A stretch of 64,000 bases of DNA from Eledone cirrhosa (taxonomy: Eukaryota): contig OZ024743.1 in NCBI GenBank assembly GCA_964016885.1, forward strand, positions 14,632,001 to 14,696,000, given 5' to 3'. The first letter of the stretch is position 1; each line of letters starts with the position of its first letter. Below the pieces are notes generated by a model. That model saw only the letters and a program-made list of their open reading frames with translations, was not told where the DNA came from and made no database searches. The position numbers and the translations under genes are program-made. Below are positions 24,601 through 37,408 of the stretch, one piece after another.

Positions 24601-26884
24601 GGAGATGCGTACACATCGTAGCCGCCGAAGATCGGTGCGAAGGCCCGTGCTTCGGAGATTCTGGTCTCGCTGATGGCCACTACATCTATGTTTAGTGACC
24701 TGAGGTCGTTGAGCAGGTGACCCTGCTTCCATGACGACTCCAAGCCACGCGCATTAATGCTGCCTATTCTGAGTGAGGTCATGTTTAAAATAGAGTGGAA
24801 AAGATGGGAAAGACCATTTACCGTACTTTTCGTAGAGGAGGGATGGTTTTTACATCCCTTTTCACTTGATTGTCTGGTGAAGGGACCGTTGAATCGTCCC
24901 TTCGGCTGGTCATCGGCTCTTCTATGAGTATGTCCGAATATACTCTTCGATTGATAGTTCCTCCTAGGTCCCTGAAATCACCACCTGCGTTGGGGAATTT
25001 CGTTTTAATGTTTGTGTATTGTTTCTGTGCTAATTTTAGCAGTCTGATGTTAGTTGGCGTTTTGATTGGTGCTGGTATTATGTAGTCGTGTTGTAAAATG
25101 TCTGTGTGTTCAATTATGTAAGTCATTAGTTTCTTGTCGTGTGTATTTATTGCCGTGCATTTGTTTTTCTGGGGGTGGGGTGTGGTTCTGCTATTTTCTT
25201 GTCGTTGTTGCTGGGTGTGTGTGTTTTGTTGTTGTGTTTGCGATGTTGGTGCTTGTGGTGGTGGTGTTGAAGGTGTTGTTGGCGGTGGGGTTGTCGCCGG
25301 TGGTGATGGTGGTGCTAGTGTGGGTTGTGATGGTGTTGGTGGTGTTGCTGCTGTGAGTCTCTTTGCAGTAGACTTTACCCTTTTCTCATTTCTTTCCTCC
25401 CTTTTCAAAGGCAACGATGCGCTGCTTCTGCGTTTGTGCCTTCTTACGACCTTTTTCCATCCCTCTCCCACCTCACACTCCATGCCTGATTCTGTGAGGT
25501 CGGGGAGGGGTTACCAGCTCCACTCTTTCACTTGTTGTTGTTGGTGATGTTTGCACTGGAGTCTCTGTTGCAGCTGCATTTGGTATTGCTGTTGTTGTTG
25601 TTAATATTTCCACTGCTGCTGCTGTTTTTGATTTCCGTGGCGTGGGTATGGGTGCCACGGACCTATCGTTCCTGGTTGCCGCTTGTCCTGTTGCTGGTAG
25701 CCGTGGAGCCGGTTTCGGAAGGAGGGGGGTTTTCTCCTTTCTCAGGGTCTTCTCGTTGCAGAAGGCCCTGAGGTGAGTCTTCGATCCACAGCGAAAGCAT
25801 TTCGGGCGTTTGCCCTCAACACTTATGGGCAGTTATGCCGTTATCAAAGTCTATCACATCCGGGATAGCCTCGATGCACTCCTGATTGGTTTGGATTAGC
25901 ATCTCAATGGAGGTGCCGACCCAATCTTCTCTTACTTTTTTCTGTACTTGCAGTACAGTTGTTTTGTCCTCGATTCCGACGAGGACAGACACGGCCAGCC
26001 AAGAAGGCGCCATCCCGGGGGGGGGGGGGGGCGTGGCTCAGTTTGACCCTCACAATTTTTTGCCCGCAGTAGGAGGGCACCAACACCATTTCCTCGCTCC
26101 TGAGGGTCACTACGGATTGAGCCTTTGCCTCCTGGGGTGTGGCAAAAAGTACGTCTACGGTGGCACATTTTTTGCCTCGGGTGATGTGCGTTTTCCGCTG
26201 CCACACAGACCCCAAGGCTTTTTGTATTTGAGCCTCTGTGGCTCTTTCGACCCTACGGGATTTTGTACTTACTGTACGGTACGTGACCGTACAGTGCTGT
26301 TGGGTTTCGAAAAATTTTTCCGCAGCCTTGCAGATTGCTCGGTGTCGAGTCTTTGTCACCATCGTCTTCGCTTCCTCTAATTCCTCATTTGTTATGAGGA
26401 TTGTTTCCAGGTTTTTCGCAATACCTGCAAATGAGATTGGTTTTTCTTTGCTGCTGTTGTTGTTGTTGTTGTCGTCAGAGCTGCTGTTACTTTTGTTGTT
26501 GCTGCAAGTACTACGACTACTGCCTCCGCCGCTGTTGCTGTGGTTGTTGTTGGTGTTGCTGCTGCTAATGATGTTGTTGTTTATGCTGCTGGTGATGCTG
26601 TTGCGGCTGCTACTGTTGTTTTCATTGTCAATGTTGCTGTTGATATTATGGCTGCTACTGCTATTATTCCTGACGTCAGACGAATGAACTGGGTTTTCGT
26701 ATTTCCCGCACACCTGTTTCGTCGTTGTCGTCGTCGTCGTGGAGAAATCTTGCACGCTTTGCACGAGACTTTTCTTTCTTGTCGTCGCTTGCGAAGGAGA
26801 AGGGAGGGAGAGAGACACATTTAAAGAAGGGAGGGAGAGAGACAATCTTCTCTCTGCTGTAGTGATGATTGAGGAAGAAGAAGA
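21682..26884 (-). mobile_element. L1/Tx1-like T-B copy 2 (frameshifts, ORF2 deletion near 22488, 5' end lost)
   Basis: Colinear with 3668-9425; YADD retained; 3' end in (ATT)n; sequence equivalent to about 4478-5043 is missing. Confidence 0.93.
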
Positions 26885-29800
26885 TGATTTTCCTTTTCAA
26901 ATAAAATTTGAAAAAGTTAATCAGGGCATCACCGAAGAGTTAAGTGCTCGTTTTTAGCCCTTTCAAACGTGTCCACCATACTATCTATTTCGCCATGGCC
27001 ACCAGACAGATAAAAACTGCCTGCCCTTCCCGGCTAATGGAAGAGGGCGGGGCAATCGTCACGATGTACTCAGCTGGTAGCTGGATCCGTCCTACACGTG
27101 ACAGCAGGTGTTCAACATAAACCCACAAGTCAGCAATGCTCGGACGCTGGACGAGTGCGTGCAGGACGGTTTCGTCGCCCTGTGCGCATCTCGGACATGC
27201 CCGGCTGACGGCACCTTCATGCCTGTAGTGTTTATCCCGAACTGGCAAAGCTCCCCGGCAGCACTGCCATGCCAGGGATTTCTGGAAGTTGTCCATAGGA
27301 CCCGGCCCGAAAGTCCTTCCGAAGAGATTGGCTAGTTGATTTTCGTCGACGCCCAGAGTTTCTCCAAGTACGTCGTCGCTCTTCCCCTACACTAATCCCC
27401 TATAAAACGCCAAGGTGGAGTTTCCACCAATCACATTGCCCAATTGGTCGAGGGCTGTGAGCGCCTGAAGACATTCCAGTCTCCAAGCGGTCCCTCTCTG
27501 TCTTCGCTTGACCCAGGACTGCAGCTCCGTCAAGGAGACGAGCTGGGGAAAAACGTGTCAAGCAAACGGCGACCACACCTGATCACCGTCGAGGAAGAGG
27601 TGGAGATGTCGTAGCCTGAGCGCGTGTCTGCGCATCATCAGCCACGGCATGCCCATCCCTCCAAGTAGCGGGTGTTAACAGCAGATGGAACGCCTGACCA
27701 TCGGAGCGCGTCCCTTCCACAAGAAGCGAAAGAGCAAACGCTCCAGCGCAGTCAGCCGGGGCTTAGGACAAGGTACTACGGTCAGGCGGTAGTAGATGAC
27801 GGACGCGATGTACGCGTTAGCCACTTCGGCTCGACCTTTCAGGGATAGCTTCCTCTCCGCCCATTTCTGGGTGAAAGAAGCCACCCTGCTCGTCACCTCG
27901 TCCCAGTTTTTGTCCGTCTGGAGGTCTGGACCGAACCAGACCCCTAGCAATTAAACCGGTCCGTCCGTCGAGCACCCAACGACGCTATTGGACGGCATGG
28001 ACCTGCCTCTCCTGGTGCCGAGCTGCAGGTCCACTGACTTTTCCTGGTTGATCATTGCTCCTGTCACCGCTTCGTATACTCTTAGTGCAGTGCCGATCGC
28101 CTCGATTTGTTTGGCATTCGACACCACTACGGTGACATCGTCCGCATATGCTGACACGGATCTTCCGCATCCTAGTTCGCGCGGGACACCCCTCAACGTC
28201 TCCAGTTTGTGCAGTAAATGCTCGAGAGTCAATACGTATAATAGGAACGAGAGGGGACATCCTTGGCGGACCGAGCGCATGAAGTTGAACGGTTCCGAAA
28301 GGTGACCGTTCACTCTCACTACAGAGCAGATGTCGCAGTGCATGGCAGCGATCCAGCCGCCCTCAGGACTGCCGCTAGGTAACGATGGTCGACCCTATCG
28401 TAGTCTTTCGACTGATCTAAATTGATCAAATACCCACCCGTGCCAGGTTCCCTAGCTACCCTCTCTACGATGTATCGCATGAGGTGGAGGTTGTCGTGGA
28501 TGGATCTGTCGGGAATGGCGCATGTCTGTGCCTCTCCCACCAGACCACCAACGACAAGCGCCAACCTCTTTGCTAGCACCTTGGCCAAAATCTTGAACTC
28601 TGTGTTTAGCAGAGTTATGGGCCTAAAATTATCTATGTTATCCCCCTTGTTCGGATCCTTTCTCAGCAGCGCCACCGCTCCTCGGCTCACAGAGCTGGGA
28701 ATTCTCCCGTTCTGTTGCCAGTTGCAGTAGGCGTCCGCCAAGGGGCCTCCGAACAAGTCTGGCATTTGTACGTAAAGTTCATAGAGCAGACAATCCAAAC
28801 CAGGCGATTAACCCTTTGTGCAGCCAGTCATTGCCTCCCGTACTTCAGCGGTTGTTATCGGCTTTTCGCAACACTCCGCCTCAGTGGCCGAGAGCCGCGG
28901 CAGTCCGTCAAGGTAGACACTAAAGTCCATCCCTCGATCCGGCGCGCCACTGCCCCCGAACAGTTGAGCGAAGTGTCGCTGAAAAGCTTCACACATTTAC
29001 CCGGGATCGAGTATCATGCGCCCATCGTGGTCCACCAAAGACCGGAGCGTGGCTTTGCAGCCACGACGCGGCTCCGCCACTCGGGACCATTGAACGGATT
29101 TTGTCCCCTCGTGTCTGAAAGCACGCACCCTATCTCTGACAACGCAGCCTTCGTGCTTTGCATTGAAGAATTGGTCAAGGGCCAATTTCGCCGCAAGTAC
29201 GTCGGTCGCGATGACTTTGCTAAGCGCCTCGCCTAATTTTCTAACTAATTCTCCCTCTGCTCTATTTTTATCTATTGCTAATGCCTTACTAAACCTAATG
29301 GACTCTATTCTAATTGCTCTTTTCAGAGCAAACCCCCACTTGTTGTTGACGATGGCCCCCGTCAACGCCCGCTTAACTAGTTCGCTAATCCGGTCTCTGT
29401 AGGCCTTGCGCGCTGGTAAGGACGCGTTTAGCTTCCAGTAGCCGGGTCCTCGTCTATGAAGCCTATCTTATTCAAGCGCACAGATTACGAATTTGTGGTC
29501 CGTGTAGCTGACTATCTTGAATTGTGGACAACCTATGCTACACCTATCTATTTCCCTACAAAATACTCTATCTAGATATGATCTGGATGACCCTATGCGA
29601 TTCGTCCAAGTCCGCATTGGTACATTCCGGAAATCCATTCGGTACCTGTCAGACAGTTCAAAACGCCTGAGCAGGTTGGTGAGATTCTTGCACCCTCCTT
29701 CCCTATCCACTAATCACACACAATCCCAGCGTGCATCTAAGATCCTGTTCCAGTCGCCCACTAACACTAAAGAGCGGGACGTTCCAAGAAAGGTGTCTAG

Positions 29801-32339
29801 ACGCCGGAAGAAATCAGGCCGCCCTGCACCTGTCGGGGCATAGACGGCCACTAACCTGAAAGCTTGCCCGTCTCCGCTGGTCACGTCCAGCACCACCAGA
29901 TTACCCTCTGGGTTCAGGAAGATGGCCCGCATGGCAAGATCCAAACCTCTCCGAAAAAGCACAGCAACTCCACCCCCGATCCCGGACGTTTGGGAGATGC
30001 GTACACATCGTAGCCGCCGAAGATCGGTGCGAAGGCCCGTGCTTCGGAGATTCTGGTCTCGCTGATGGCCACTACGTCTATGTTTAGTGACCTGAGGTCG
30101 TTGAGCAGGTGGCTCTGCTTCCATGACGACCCCAAGCCACGCGCAATTATGCTGCCTATTCTGAGTGAGGTCATGTTGAAAAGGAGTGAAAAGATGGGAA
30201 AGACCACTTACCTACTTCTCGTAGAGGAAGGACGGTTTCTCCATCCTTTTCACTGCTTGTGGCCACCTCAGGAAGGATGTCCTTATAAATCCTCCTGGAG
30301 AGTGCTTGTCGGAAGTCTCCGATGTCTTTGGGGAATTTTTGTTTTAGTGTCATGTACGTTTTCTGTGTGATGCGAGTGATTTGTATGTGTGGAGGTGGTG
30401 TAAAATTTTGGGTTGTTGTGTAGTCTTTGTCTGTGATGCTGGTGTTGTGTTGGATGTAGTGTAATAATTTAATGCTGTGTAGTGTGTATCGTTTTTGTTG
30501 TTTTGTTTTGTTTGCGTTTGTTGTGGGAATGTTTCTGTTTCGCATTTTGGTGACTTTTGTGGTGTAGGTGATGGTGGTGTTGGGATTAATGATGGTGATG
30601 GTGTTGGTGTTTGGGTTGATGGGGTTGGTGATGCTGGTGTTGATGGTGGCATATCTGTCCTAACTTTTTTGTTTCTTAATTTATTTGTTTCCCTCTGTAT
30701 TTTGTTTTTGGAGGGGGAAGGAAGAGAATTTTTTCTTTTTTGGTTTCTTTTTTTTTTCCTGATTCCGTTTCCCACACCTCGTCGTCACAATCTGTCTCCA
30801 GTTGTGATAGGCCGGGGAGTGAAAAATCATCCACAGGCGTTAGTTTTGGTTGTGGCGTGGTGGATGGTGTAGGCGCTAGGGCTAGTTCTGCAGCATTGGG
30901 TGGTGGTGTTGGTTTTGCTGGTGGTGGTGGTGTTGGTTTTGCTACTGCTGCTTGGGTTGTTGCTGTTATAGTTGCTTCTGTTGTTGCTGCTACAGTTGTT
31001 GCTGCCATCTCTGCTACTGGTGGTGTTGATGGTTGTGTCACTGGTGTGGGTAGGAGAGGTGGCCTCAACCTTTTAGCCTGAGGGCAGAAAGCCCTTAGGT
31101 GGGTTCCTTCACCACAAACGACACACCTAGGCCTTCTGCCCTCGACAATTACGGTGAGGTGGCTGCCGTCAGTGAGGTCTATTACCTCTGGGATCTCCTC
31201 AATGTTTTTTGGTCCGCTTGGATCAGGATCTCCATCCCAGATCCGGACCAGTTCTCCTGCTTTTCTTTTGCTATTGCTATTATCTCTGTGTTGGCTTCGA
31301 TGCCGGCGAGGACGACCGCTATTAGCCAGGGAATTTCGATGGCCGGTGGAACGTGGGTCACCCTGATCTTTACGAGTCTCTGGCCACAATAGCTTGCGAC
31401 GAGTGTGAAGTCGTCACTTCTTAATGGGGCCATGGAGTGTTCTCTAGCCTCCTCTGGTGTTTCAAAGAACACGTCGACGGTTCCATACTTCTGCCCACGT
31501 CTGATGTGGGTTTTTCTTGCCCACACATGTCCCAAAGCCTTTTGGATTTGGGACTCGGATGCCCGTTCCACTTGGCGCGATTTTACATTTATTGTTCGAT
31601 ATGACACGGTGCATAGGCGCCGATGCTCCATTTTATTAGGTGGTGGGGCGGGGGCTGACCCTGTACCCATCTCTCTTTACCATTTGTTTGGCATTTTCTA
31701 ATTCCTCCTGAGTTACCGTAAATGCTTCGCACTGTTTTGCTACTCTGGCAAAACTCAGTGTGGTTTTTTTAATGTCATTGTTGTTGTTGTTGCTATCGTT
31801 ATTTTTGTTATTATTAATTTTAGTTTCAGTTGTGGTGGTGGTGACGTCAGTGAAGTTCGGTTTGGAAGAGTCCATTTTGGTTGAAAATATTTCGTCATCA
31901 CGAGTTGATTTATTTTTCCTTTTGTTTCTGTTGTCGCGGTGGTGGTGGTGGTGGTGGCGGCTTTAACACCTGCAGTCATTGGTAATGGCGGGAAATGAAT
32001 GTCTGCCTGAGACAAATTTAAAATATTGCTAGTGCTTAAATTGTTTGTGTTGGCAGACGTATAATCATTTACAATGGTGGTGTCGGTGTGAGGTGTTAAT
32101 TTGTGAGAAAGGCTTTCAGCTGCTTGGTGCAGTGATGAATTAGCCATTTTTGATAATCATAAAAGTTTAAATTTTGGGCACAAGGCCCCAATCTTTTTGG
32201 GTGTCCTTTTCGGAAAACAATGTATGTGGGATTATATATATTTAACAATAAAAATTTTCCATAAATGACAATTTTTAACAAACGGAAATAATAAACCTTT
32301 GCGGAGCTCACGATGATACGATTTACTACGTAGGTCGCC
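26885..32339 (-). mobile_element. L1/Tx1-like T-A copy 2 (degenerate, 3' end lost)
   Basis: ORF1 MANSSLHQ..., CVVCGEGTHLRAFC; ORF2 fragments including YADD; 5' GGCGACCTACG abuts the microsatellite. Confidence 0.92.

Positions 32340-32373
<34 letters not shown>
32340..32373 (+). repeat. (TAA)n microsatellite
   Basis: Read directly. Confidence 0.97.
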
Positions 32374-32374
<1 letters not shown>

Positions 32375-33267
32375 GTGACTGATAGTAAGGAGCCAATGCT
32401 CAGAATTGTACTGAAGGAGAGGACAATAGACCAGGGGATGTCCAAGGAGGAAATAACAACAAGGAGAAAGAGCAGCCTTCATGAGAAATCCCTACATAGT
32501 ACCTTCTTTGAGAAAACTGAATTCAGAGATCCACAGACATAGAACTGGTTGAAAAGAGGGGACCTTAAAAAGGCTACAGAAGGAATGCTAATGGCTGCGC
32601 AAGAGCAGGCCCTCAAAACGAAGTGGTTGAAACACCATATTTTCAAGGAGCATGCTAGCCCACTGTGCAGGATCTTTGTAGAGAGAGAGGAGACTGTGGC
32701 TCACATTGTATCCGAGTGTAAACACCTAGCCCAGACTCACTATAAGGGCTGGACACATGATGTGATGGGCAGGGTGATCCACTGGCATCTATGCAAAGTA
32801 AACAATTTACCACATTCTGAGAAGTGGTATGAGCATAAGCCAGAGTCGGTGATAGAAAACGATCAGCTGAAGGTGCTGTGGGATTTTAGGATACAGACGG
32901 ACAAGAAACTGAAACACAATAGACCTGACTTGGTGGTTTTGGACAAGGAAAACAGATCGTGCCTGAGAAGGAGAGGGAAAAAATTAACCGATACCAGGAC
33001 TTAAAGTGGGAGGTAAAAGAACTGCCATGAAGTCAAAGTGATCCCGATTGTCATAGGCGCACTAGGTACTATCTCAAAAGCTTTCCAGGGATGGTTAAAG
33101 AAAATTGGCCCCGCCACGATTTTTGGAACGCTTCAAAAGGCATGCTTGCTGGGAATAGCAACAACCCTCCGATACGTCCTGAATATCTGAGGCTGCAGGT
33201 AGTGGCTTGATATTCATTTCAACACACTTTCCAGTTAACTAACATCAATGACTGAGACTCAAAGAAC
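32374..33267 (+). mobile_element. R4/Dong-like D1, 5'-truncated degenerate copy
   Basis: RGDLKKATEGMLMAAQEQAL through RPDLVV; D1 3'UTR, then (TAA)n. Confidence 0.9.
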
Positions 33268-33290
33268 AATAATAATAATAATAATAATAA

Positions 33291-33503
33291 CAATGGTTTC
33301 TTATATAGGCACAAGACCAGCAATTTGGGGGAAGAGGAAAGTCGATTAAATCGACCCCAGTGCGTGAACGGTACTTTATTTTATCTACCCCGTAAGGATT
33401 AAAGGCAAAGTTAACCTCGGTGGGATTTGAACTCAAACCATAAAGGGCCGGATTTCTTTGCTGCAAAGCATGGGTTCCGAAACTCTACCGATACTGCTAA
33501 TCC
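33291..33503 (-). mobile_element. tRNA-derived SINE with Meta/MESC-like core
   Basis: Minus strand: A-box-like TAGCAGTATCGG, B box GAGTTCAAATCC, core GGTTAACTTTGCCTTTAATCCTTACGGGGTAGATAAAATAAAGTACC; 3' end runs into (TTA)n. Confidence 0.82.
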
Positions 33504-33512
33504 ACATACATT

Positions 33513-33928
33513 GGGCCTGACCTGGTGTCTTTTGATATTGTTGATGTCGCCTGATTGTAGATGCATCCTGCCCCTTGACACATGTGTGCAAGAAAAGGAC
33601 AGGGAGAAAATTAACCGATAACCAGTTTTAAAATAGTAATTAAGCAGGATTTGGGACTCTCATAAGAACAAAGTCGTCCCAATTGTCATGGGAGCAATAG
33701 GTAGAAGTGTTTTCATGTGATTTCAAGGATTGTTAAAGAACATTATGGCAGCCCACTTTTTTGGAACACTTCAAAAGGCATGCTTGCTTGGAACAGCAAG
33801 TACCCTCAGATATGTCCTGGATATTTGAGACTGCAGGTAGGGACTTGACGTTCATTTGAACACACTTTCCAGTTGAATAACAACAATTACTGATACTCGA
33901 AGAATAGAATTAGTAATAATAATAATAA
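33513..33928 (+). mobile_element. Old, diverged D1-related 3' fragment
   Basis: Degenerate match to the D1 RLE end and 3'UTR, ending in short (TAA)n. Confidence 0.8.
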
Positions 33929-35037
33929 ATTGAAAGGAAATATTTTTTGGATTATAAATATATCTGTTTCATTTTACATGAACATTTTAGGTCGTTAATT
34001 CTTCATATATTATCTTTCATATGTTATAGTGTTTTCGTTGACACTTTTCTGTTGTCTTTTGCTTGCATGTCTTGTAGCTGTCATGAACAAAATGTCTTGC
34101 ACTATCTAATTCCATACATTTCCAAACATTTTCTAAAGTTATTTTAAGAAATCACTAAATCAGATTATCTTAATAGATAACATTTTAGTAGAGGAACATT
34201 GGTTATTAACTGTTTAAATATAAAATCCTATTCGTATTCAGTACGGGGGCAAAGTAGATGCAATAGGGAAATTCTCACCTCTTTTTGTACAAGGCTACCA
34301 ACAAAATAATGAAAGAAAGAAATATGTTAATCCTTCTTCATTTAATGTGACACAATTCACAAATATATTGAGATTAATATGTACTTACATGACAGCCGTG
34401 ATGTTTTAATATAACTAAATACACTAAATAATATAACTAAATACACTAAATCTTACAAACTTCACTGTACATTCCAGTCAGTGTAAATCGATGCTTAATG
34501 TTTAAATTTTCAGTAACATATATAGTGCTTAAAAAACGAAACCCTATACTATAAACGTATTCGGGAAAAAAGGGAATATTGATTTTAATATGTGTACGTT
34601 GATATGGTGTGCTGAAAAATTGATAAATTTCTATTAGGTGAGTATATTTCACTGAAATATAATCATTGTTCGTTCGTATAGATGTGGTGAAATTTGTTTG
34701 ATGTTTCGATAAATAGTCTGCCAAATTATAGCAAAGTGATTCTACAATAGAATTTTATGTTCTTCTTAGAGGAAAGTATAAATCAGAGACGTTTGATACA
34801 CTGACCGTTACAATTGCATTACAGATCATCATATGAAATAGAGGAATATTTGGCTGATGCTCTAGAATTGAGAGATATAACAAGTGCATTTAACATTACC
34901 CTCTTAAAATTACGTATGCTAAATAACGTTAATGCAAACGATGCTTTTCAGCTAGAGGTTCGGATAATTCAAGGACATTTTATTTTCCACATATCATATA
35001 CTTGCCGTACAGCCTTTAACATTATCAGGCTATGAAC

Positions 35038-35128
35038 GCTTCTTCTTCTTCTTCTTCTTCTTCTTCTTCTTCTTCTTCTTCTTCTTCTTCTTCTTCTTCT
35101 TCTTCTTCTTCTTCTTCTTCTTCTTCTT
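35038..35128 (+). repeat. (CTT)n microsatellite
   Basis: Read directly. Confidence 0.98.
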
Positions 35129-35530
35129 GTCACCCCCAGAATTGGACGTAAAATCAAACAGTTCTGTATTAAAAACTTATAGACTTTCAAGTTGTGTTTT
35201 CAATCACTGAAGTGCTCTCGCTCATCAACAACATATGAAATGACTTGATATAAATCAAGGGTAGCAGAACATATTTTGTGACGTTGGTCAAATGCTTAAT
35301 TAACAGGATAATGCAGATAATGAAATGTAATCCATGCTGTCAGGAAGTAATCTTGGATTAAACGTGATTAAACGCCAACTGAAAAAAAAAAGATCATAAA
35401 TATCTGTTCCATAGAACACCAAATAATCATGACAACGTTATCAATGGGAGGTCATCACGTGTCTCTCCATCTCCTGTAATGCTAACAGTTAAAGTTTCAA
35501 TTGCAGCAGTCCATAACAACACCTGTTGGG

Positions 35531-35581
<51 letters not shown>

Positions 35582-35582
<1 letters not shown>

Positions 35583-35759
35583 GTAGGTCCCGGGTTGAGT
35601 CGGGGATAACCACAGTAAGTAAGGTACTCAATACATGGCAGAGTGAAATTTTTTATTTTATAGAAGGAGCTTCTACAGGACTAGTACTGTTTCATTCAGC
35701 TTCCTGAAGATTTCATCTGAATGAAACAGTACTAGTACTGTAGAAGCTCCTTCTATAAA

Positions 35760-35760
<1 letters not shown>
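35582..35760. mobile_element. Penelope-like pLTR remnant with inverted duplication, inserted in (TA)n
   Basis: About 180-bp island between (TA)n tracts; 44-bp inverted arms (35656-35699 and 35717-35760, one mismatch); hammerhead core; AATAAA downstream on the minus strand. Confidence 0.6.
35698..35748 (+). ncRNA. Type I hammerhead ribozyme (candidate)
   Basis: Stem I AGCTTC/GAAGCT, core CTGAAGA, short stem II TTC/GAA, GAAA, palindromic stem III ACAGTACTAGTACTGT, GUA cleavage triplet. Confidence 0.7.
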
Positions 35761-35821
<61 letters not shown>

Positions 35822-36674
35822 TAAAACATATTTATATATTTGTGTATGTAGGTAATAACTGAAAAAGGGAACAGTGCGGAAGTATATGTAAACATTCTTT
35901 TTTTTATCGGACAGAATCAATAATATATATCTGCTACATTAAATAAATTTAAGGTTTATCAAATTTAAGATTCATTCAGTTATATCAATATTACCAAATA
36001 ATGATAAATTTCTATTAAAAAGATACGTTATAATAGTTTTGGAGATGTGTATATTTTATCAGAATTTGTCCTATCTATTTTTGAAAATAAATTTGAAGTG
36101 ATGATTGTGCAAGAATAGTTTAACAGGTCAGGATTCAATTGATTTACAAACATCCATTCATTGAAATAGAAAGTTGTTTTCTATTTAAAATATACATACA
36201 GATGGCATTTTGATATTCTGCAGTTTGTGAATGAGTTTGTATGTGTGTGTGTATGCATGCGAGTATGTGTGTGTGTTCCATTGTGTCAAAGATTCAATAT
36301 TGTTTAGTGTTTTTAGATAAAAATAAATAAGTACTTATAAATAAAGAATAAGAATAGAAATATAGGTAATATATATCATGGAAATAGGTCCTTTGAGAAA
36401 GGAGATACATAAAAAAAAAAAAATTTTCTGAAATTTATAAGGACCATTTTAAAGGTAAAAACCGAAAGGAATAACAAGAATATATGAATAGAATAATAAC
36501 ATTTTAAAAAGACTATGTTAAACATTTCCACTTTCTTATCCTGAAAAATTGTCTTTGATAAAGCGCAGTTCCTGAAAAGTTATGATTATTTTTCTAATTT
36601 TTTATGTATCTGTGTGTTTGTCTTTATATATTTAAATGTGATATTCACTAATAATAATTCGCAATATATATATA

Positions 36675-37372
36675 TATAAATGGAAAAGAATGAAACGAAA
36701 TTTCATTTCTCACTCTTAGTATGGCTGATACTTAAATGTAAGTATGTACACGTACATACATATATGTATACAGACGTACAGTGATATGTATATATATACA
36801 TACATACACACATATATATATGTATGTATGGGTTTACCGAACATTTATTATAATGTTCGTGTTTATTTTTAAACAAACAGCCCGAATTACGCCGTACAGT
36901 GTTCGGTAACCATCGTCGCCTTTTTGTTCAACATGTGTTTGTACATACTTACATTTAAGTATCAGCCGTACTAAGAGTGAGAAATGAAATTTCGTTTCAT
37001 CCTTTTCCATTTATCGTTTTCGGTACGCCCGGCCGACTAAATCGTTCGATATGCTCAGCCGTTAATAGGAATAGGGAAAGTTATACTTTCAAACGTTCAA
37101 TCATCTGACAGGAAGGTATACAATGCTGACAATAGCTAATAAGCTTGAAACTAGTACATCGTTCCTGTGCCAGTGTTGAACAAAAAGGCGACGATGGTTG
37201 CCGAACACTGTACGGCGTAATTCGGGCTGTTTGTTTACAAACAAACCGAACGTTATTATAAATGTTCGGTAAACGCATAGGTACATATATATATGTGTGT
37301 GCATTTATGTATATATATATACATACTACTGTACGTCTGTATACATATATGTATGTACGTGTACACACTTAC

Positions 37373-37378
<6 letters not shown>
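36675..37378. repeat. Complex inverted duplication (A-B-A'-X-B')
   Basis: 36675-36750 is inverted at 36940-37014; 36745-36933 is inverted at 37173-37376. Confidence 0.85.

Positions 37379-37408
<30 letters not shown>

Noticed and set aside
34405-34450. 22-bp tandem duplication (similar small duplications near 54075-54185 and 59710-59750)
   Set aside because: Ordinary slippage products with no further signal
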